Below the pieces are notes generated by a model. That model worked only from the letters and a program-made list of their open reading frames with translations. It did no database searches and was not told the DNA's origin. The position numbers were made by a program, and so were the translations under genes. Positions 58,746-64,000 of a stretch of DNA of 64,000 nucleotides are shown one piece after another (position 1 is the stretch's first letter; each line of letters opens with the position of its first letter). Origin of the DNA: Asterias rubens (Eukaryota); contig NW_022985694.1 in NCBI RefSeq assembly GCF_902459465.1, forward strand, positions 1 to 64,000. The letters are read 5' to 3'.

Positions 58746-59760
58746 CAACAAATAAATTTGTTTAATACTTTGTGGGTGGAAGGGCCTTGGGGTGCAAGTA
58801 AACAAAATTGCATTTTCAATTCTATATATAGCCCGTTGCCATGGTTACGGCTCATTTTGTTTTTTGGCCATTTTATGCCGATTTTGGGGTCTGAAAAACT
58901 GGTTTTTAGCTCACATTTACAACTCCACCCCACCAAAATGCAAAATTATTTCAAAAAACCTTTTATATCACTACAAAGTATCATCCTTGGCCTTCCTTGA
59001 GAAAAAGAATTATTGCTTTAAATATCACCCTTGTGCTATTTTTGCATCATGCATTACAGTATGTTTTTAGAACTTGCAAAATCGACATTTTTACCCTATT
59101 TTTGGACCCCAAAATGTCAACTTGCCAGGGGTCTCAGAAAATTTTCCTTTCGGCTGTGATTAGGGCCAACATTGGTCTTTCCATATCTGGTGTCAAACAC
59201 ATGGGCAATTGTATCTTGTTGTGACAGTAGTGCCTCAAAACTATACTTTTTTCCCCAAACGTGATAAATGACTTTTTAAGGGTCTTTTCACATAATATCG
59301 ACATACGTGTCCACGGTAAAAAAAAAAGGAATATTTTTCTTATACTTTGTGGATGGTAGGGACTTGGGGTCCAAATAAACAACATTTACATTTCTAATCA
59401 TAATATAACACGTTGCCATGGTAACAGTTCATTTGTGTTTAGGCCACTTTAGGCCGATTTTGGGGTCTGAAAAACTGTTTTTTTAGTTAATATTTACAAC
59501 TCCACCCAACCAAAAAACAAAAATATTTCTTGAAACCTTTTCCATCACTACAAATTATCATCCTTGGCTTTACTTGAGACAAACAAATATTGCTATATAT
59601 TTCACCCATGTGCTATTTTTAGAACGTGCATTAGCGTATGTTTTTAGAACTTGCAAAATCAACATTTTTACCCCTTTTTTTGGCCTCAAAATTGTTTTTT
59701 TTCAGGGGTCTCAGAATATTTTCCTTTCGATTTTGATCAGGGCCAAAATTTGCTTCATTT
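58746..59760. repeat. Diverged ~577-bp tandem duplication, probably from an unclassified repeat family
   Basis: Anchors atactttgtgg (58765/59342), ccgattttggggtctgaaaaactg (58878/59454) and gttgccatgg; a partial third copy lies near 60000. Confidence 0.75.
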
Positions 59761-62289
59761 TGAATTTATAACATTAAGGAGTTAGTAATAATTCCATCAA
59801 TCTGGCAGCTTTTCATAAGCACTCTGTAGGCTTAGTGCATTACCAAACATTGATCAGGACTTTTTGATGACCTAAATCTTAGAATTTGCCCCGCCCCGGC
59901 CCCACCCCAGTTTTGTGAACAGCGCCTCTCTTTTGAAAGTCACATTTTTTAATTCCCCTTGCACATCAATAAAGTTTGTATTGTCTTAGTTTTTTATTGG
60001 TTCTCAGAATATTTCCCTTTTGGTTGTGATTGGGCTATCATTATGGTTTGCATGTCTGCTGGGGAGAAACACTTTGGTTTATTGTATCCTGTTGTGACAC
60101 TTCTGTTTAAAACATGGTAATTTTTCCAAAAACAATAAAAATGCATTTTGAAGTTATCCCTTAGTTTGATTTGATAAAAAAACAAAAACGAGCATGCTTG
60201 TTAAAAAAATATGGCACTGTTTCCATGCTCTTTAAGTAACAAATAAAAAGTTTATAACCATGCTTTGCCACTGAGAGTTCTTGTTTTGTCATGACTACTT
60301 TACCTAGTTGTACAGGTATGATTCACATTGCAAGAAGAGAAGTAGTGCGATGAGCATTCTTTACTATTCTTGTCTATACATGGCCTTTTAACAGTCTTCT
60401 GGGTCCCCTGCCCGCTACCAAACTAAACATGTTCATCCCTATCAGAACAAAGAGGCTCTAAAAGTGAGCAAGTACTGTATCCAAAGTATCTAAATGGCCC
60501 TGCACCTGCTTTGGCCTTCTGTAAGCAGTTCCCCCACCCATGGTAGTGTTCCTTTCAATTGTACTGTTGCAAACATTAAAAGAGTTGGTTTATTTAGTTA
60601 GGGAAAATAGTTATCGCTGGCAGGAGTTCGTTGGCCCAGCAGTGGTTAGGAAAAACTATCAGCATCGGTGATGTGCTGACGGACACTGACGGACGACATC
60701 ATCTCATGACATGTGAAATGTGTATCAATATTCAATATCAATCATGCTTGGACGCCATGGATGATAACATGACAGCGACCTACAAAAGACAAGACCTTCC
60801 GATCCAATTTCACTAGAAAGCACAGCGGCAGCTGCTGGTTGGAGTACCGTGGATGTACTAGTGGAAGTTGAAGGTATTTAGGCAACATTTCTTTCCAGAA
60901 TAAGTTGTGCTTCATTTCGAAGCAAAGCAGTTAATCATTATTTTATTTTTATTTTGTCAAGCTAAACAAAATGAAATGCTCTCAATTAAATGAAACGAAA
61001 TCAGAGTCACGATCACATGATGAGGATACACATTTTGTTGATGAATCATGATGATGACACACATCTGTTTTAGTTATTTACTAAATACTTAAAAACAAAA
61101 AACATACATGCACTGTTACAATTAGTAATTACATGTACAGACTACAGTATGAAAAATCAATAAGCATTAAATATTTAATGCACTAGGCCGATTAAAAATG
61201 TACACGATTCAGGAAAAATTAAATTGGCCCATACTTACTAAACTAAAACACTGAAGTGGAGGAAGGGCAAGGGTACATACACGTACCCCAAGAGTCCCAT
61301 ACTAATCACGTGATGAAGTTTGCTTGAATAATAATAAATAACATCCCCATCTTTATTCTTAAAATTCTAGAGGCAAACAACCAGCTTTCTTTGAGATGTG
61401 GTATTAAAATTAAAATTTTGTATTTAAACTAAGGGGAACAAGCCTAATTTTGTTTTCAAATAACATGAGTAAACTAGGGCCTCATTTATTTGTATTTCTT
61501 TTCTTTTCAGTAAGACATGTCCGCTCTTGTCAACACTTTTCGCTGACAATGAAGCAAGCAGGTAGTAGGAGAAACAAAGAAAGGCAGAAACTAATCTGAG
61601 AAAGCTAGAGAAGAACAAAAATTTAAGGTAAAAATAAAAAACTTGTTCATTACTCTCGTCCACCAAAAGAAATACTGTGCGTAACCTTCTAACCTTCTTT
61701 TCTTTTGTTTTAAGGAAAACGAGAGAAAACTGTTGGTATTTGTGAACAGGACCAGTATCCCCATTAAATAAAAAATCTGTGTAAATTTTGGCAAGAATTT
61801 GCTACAAGATAATGAAAAGTTCAAAGTATTGGGTAAAAAATGTCCTCTTTATATCAAAAGCTTTCCAGTGCTCTTTATCATACGTTTTGTATGGATTGAC
61901 CTTTAATAATCGGGCACAAGTTGACTAGGGTATGAGGTCATGCTACTTGGATATGAGAAATTCATACTGCCTAAATAAACTTTGGATTGGATGTGTACTG
62001 CAATTAAGGAACAATGAGTTGATCTGACTGCTTTTCTATTTTATTGTAATATTGTACCTACACCAAAACTGGACATGTTTGCTTTTCCTACAAATTTTTT
62101 TTATTTTGTGTACTGTCTGTTCAGTCATCGAGTATGCTTTTCTAATTCGCTTGCAGAACGCGAGAATAGTGATGCCATTAGCAACGAGACAACTGAAGGT
62201 GAACCACTATCAAAAGGTTGCTACGCTCTGACACTGGTGATTCTGAAACGCCTCAGCTGAACGTGCTCCCCGTACAGTGTATCATGCAG

Positions 62290-62420
62290 ATTGACGAAGA
62301 AAGTATGTAAAGGAAAATATCACACAGAAGATGTTCCTGTCAACAAATCAATTTTCCCTGCACAGACTTATGCTTTTGTGCCAGTTGTGGAGTGGCTTCA
62401 AAGGACTCGGACGGGGATGT
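62290..62420 (+). pseudogene. Possible decayed Cys-rich (CXC/Cys8-type) C-terminal finger of a large transposase
   Basis: Across one frameshift it reads VCKGK..H.RRCSCQQINFPCTDLCFCASCG; no upstream domain is recognisable. Confidence 0.3.
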
Positions 62421-62695
62421 TTATTCTGATGATAACTAATTTAAACAAAATGTTGTCTGAATCATCGTTTTCAATAGAAAAGTAAAAAAAAAGAAGAGAA
62501 TTCTGCACAAGTACAATGTGTAAAAAGTAAGCTTTTGGCTTACCAAAAAATAAACCTTAAAATAAATGTGCAACAGTTTATTTGAGAATTGAATTAACCC
62601 ATCAGTTACTGTGGTACCAGAAAGACAGTTTGGGAACTAGATTTATATTATTTTCATTCAATTTTGTAAAATCTTTATATCTTTGAAATTGTTAA

Positions 62696-63254
62696 AGGCC
62701 CTGTCGCACCATGGCGTATCGCCTTAACGTATGCCGGCGTATAGGCCTACAGAAACTAGTTCGAGCATTTTAAAAGTCCAAGAGTGCCCAACCTCCCAGA
62801 ATCGCATCCATAGCGTACTGAACGTATACAAAGCGTATGACTAATGAATTGATAGCGTATCACTAACTTAAAATGAAGTTATGTATGTTACAGGTGGATA
62901 CTTCAGAATACGTCAAGACTTTTTGGGGATACGCCAGGCATAGGTTATACGGCACATAAACGTATTTATTTCGTCAGCCAAAGTACATCACAGAGCCCTA
63001 TACCAGCCAACAAGTAACGTACCGCTGACGTATGTCTAACGTACCACGGGAAACGAGAAATTTTGAACATGCTCAATATTTTGTTGCGGGCTCTACATGC
63101 TCCTAATTTTAATAGCGTATCACAGCGTGCTCTAATAACATTAGCGACATATTACCCCTAACCTATATCAGCGTACACCAACGTAATGATATTTCACAAA
63201 CGTTCGCAAACGTTAGCATACAAGCAGGTGATACGCCATGGTGTGGCAAGCCCT
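62696..63254. mobile_element. PIF/Harbinger-type non-autonomous element (559 bp) with a TAA TSD
   Basis: TAA|AGGCCCTGTCGCACCATGGCGTATCGCC ... GGTGATACGCCATGGTGTGGCAAGCCCT|TAA; many internal AGCGTA/AACGTA motifs. Confidence 0.72.
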
Positions 63255-63740
63255 TAAATAAAACAACTCTGTGTTTTGAGAGACTAAATACATGATCATC
63301 AATTTGTAAATTGCAAAGAAGATCCAATGGGCATAATTTCTTGGTTAGCTTTTTGTGTTCCAAACCAATGATGACTAGTGGACACAATTGGGAGAACAAA
63401 CGATGAGTGTTCAGCTGTTAAATTTGAATTTGAATTGTTTAAAATGGAATTGTTTGGGGGAATTTAAAAAGGGCCTTTTCAAGAAAGTAACATAATTCAT
63501 CATGAGGGTAATATTAACTTTCAATGTTTATAATAACAATGAGTATTGTACCAGAAATGTGTCATGATATGAAGAGAAGAAATACAAAAAATCTAAATGT
63601 GTGTCTCTTGTCAACAATATCCTTTTTTTGTCAAGTTTATTCATTCATGCGATTAAAATTTAATTAAGGCCTGTCTAAGATGTGTAACCTGGTATTCATA
63701 AGTACTTGAAAAAGTTTACTTCATATTTTGTTCAATTTGA

Positions 63741-63797
63741 AACATTTCCAAAACTCTGAAGCGAACATTTCCAAAACTCTGAAGCGAACATTTCCAC
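63741..63797 (+). repeat. Short 24-bp tandem repeat (~2.3 copies)
   Basis: aacatttccaaaactctgaagcg repeated. Confidence 0.7.
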
Positions 63798-64000
63798 GCA
63801 GGATAATCCCTAAAGGAATACACAATTTATACAGTCAATTGTGGCCTCTTGGTTAGAAATTATCACCGGGTCATTTGTAAGTGTAGATACGTTGTAAAGG
63901 CGAACTTTCCAATTTACAGTGACACTGATTCGTTGACTTGTGCTAGCAAAGGACAAACCCTAGCGACAGATGTTAGGAATCGTCTGGTACGGAGTCAAGT

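Noticed and set aside
61510-62260. Exons of a host gene
   Set aside because: Candidate AG/GT-bounded segments contain stops or give no recognisable protein.

Overview
AT-rich, intron-containing animal DNA. It is probably from a marine invertebrate deuterostome, but that is inferred only from intron style and transposon families. The window is almost entirely a nested transposon cluster, and I found no ordinary host gene. In order: (1) a ~17.2-kb near-perfect palindrome (arms 1-8530 and 8617-17197) that mirrors an EnSpm/CACTA-type element (element A); arm differences are mostly complementary 1-3 bp indels, so a fold-back read or assembly artefact is likely. (2) Element A (right end 20264), with an intronless transposase sitting inside an intron of a spliced SAM-domain accessory gene. 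(3) A ~7-kb array of a 25-bp unit with a 14-bp palindromic core, arranged as 1136/715-bp higher-order repeats. (4) The 3' exons of a DUF4806-like gene. (5) A complete 11.3-kb EnSpm element B (CACTC TIRs, TA TSD) with a C2H2-finger transposase and a PB1-like/SAMD3-like accessory gene. (6) A decayed paralogue of that accessory gene, a Kolobok-type MITE and an L2/CR1-type LINE. (7) Inside the LINE, a near-intact 5.8-kb Chapaev-type transposon (4-bp TSD) encoding a 10-exon RAG1-related transposase; its ends have an RSS-like layout of a CAC heptamer, a 10- or 23-bp spacer and a shared A-tract 10-mer. (8) A RecQ-like helicase remnant, a ZNF862-like hAT element with a 6-bp TSD, a Harbinger-type MITE and smaller repeats. 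The two strongest leads are the RSS-like asymmetric ends of the RAG1-related element and the two-gene, alternatively spliced EnSpm system whose accessory protein carries either a SAM or a PB1-like N-terminal domain.
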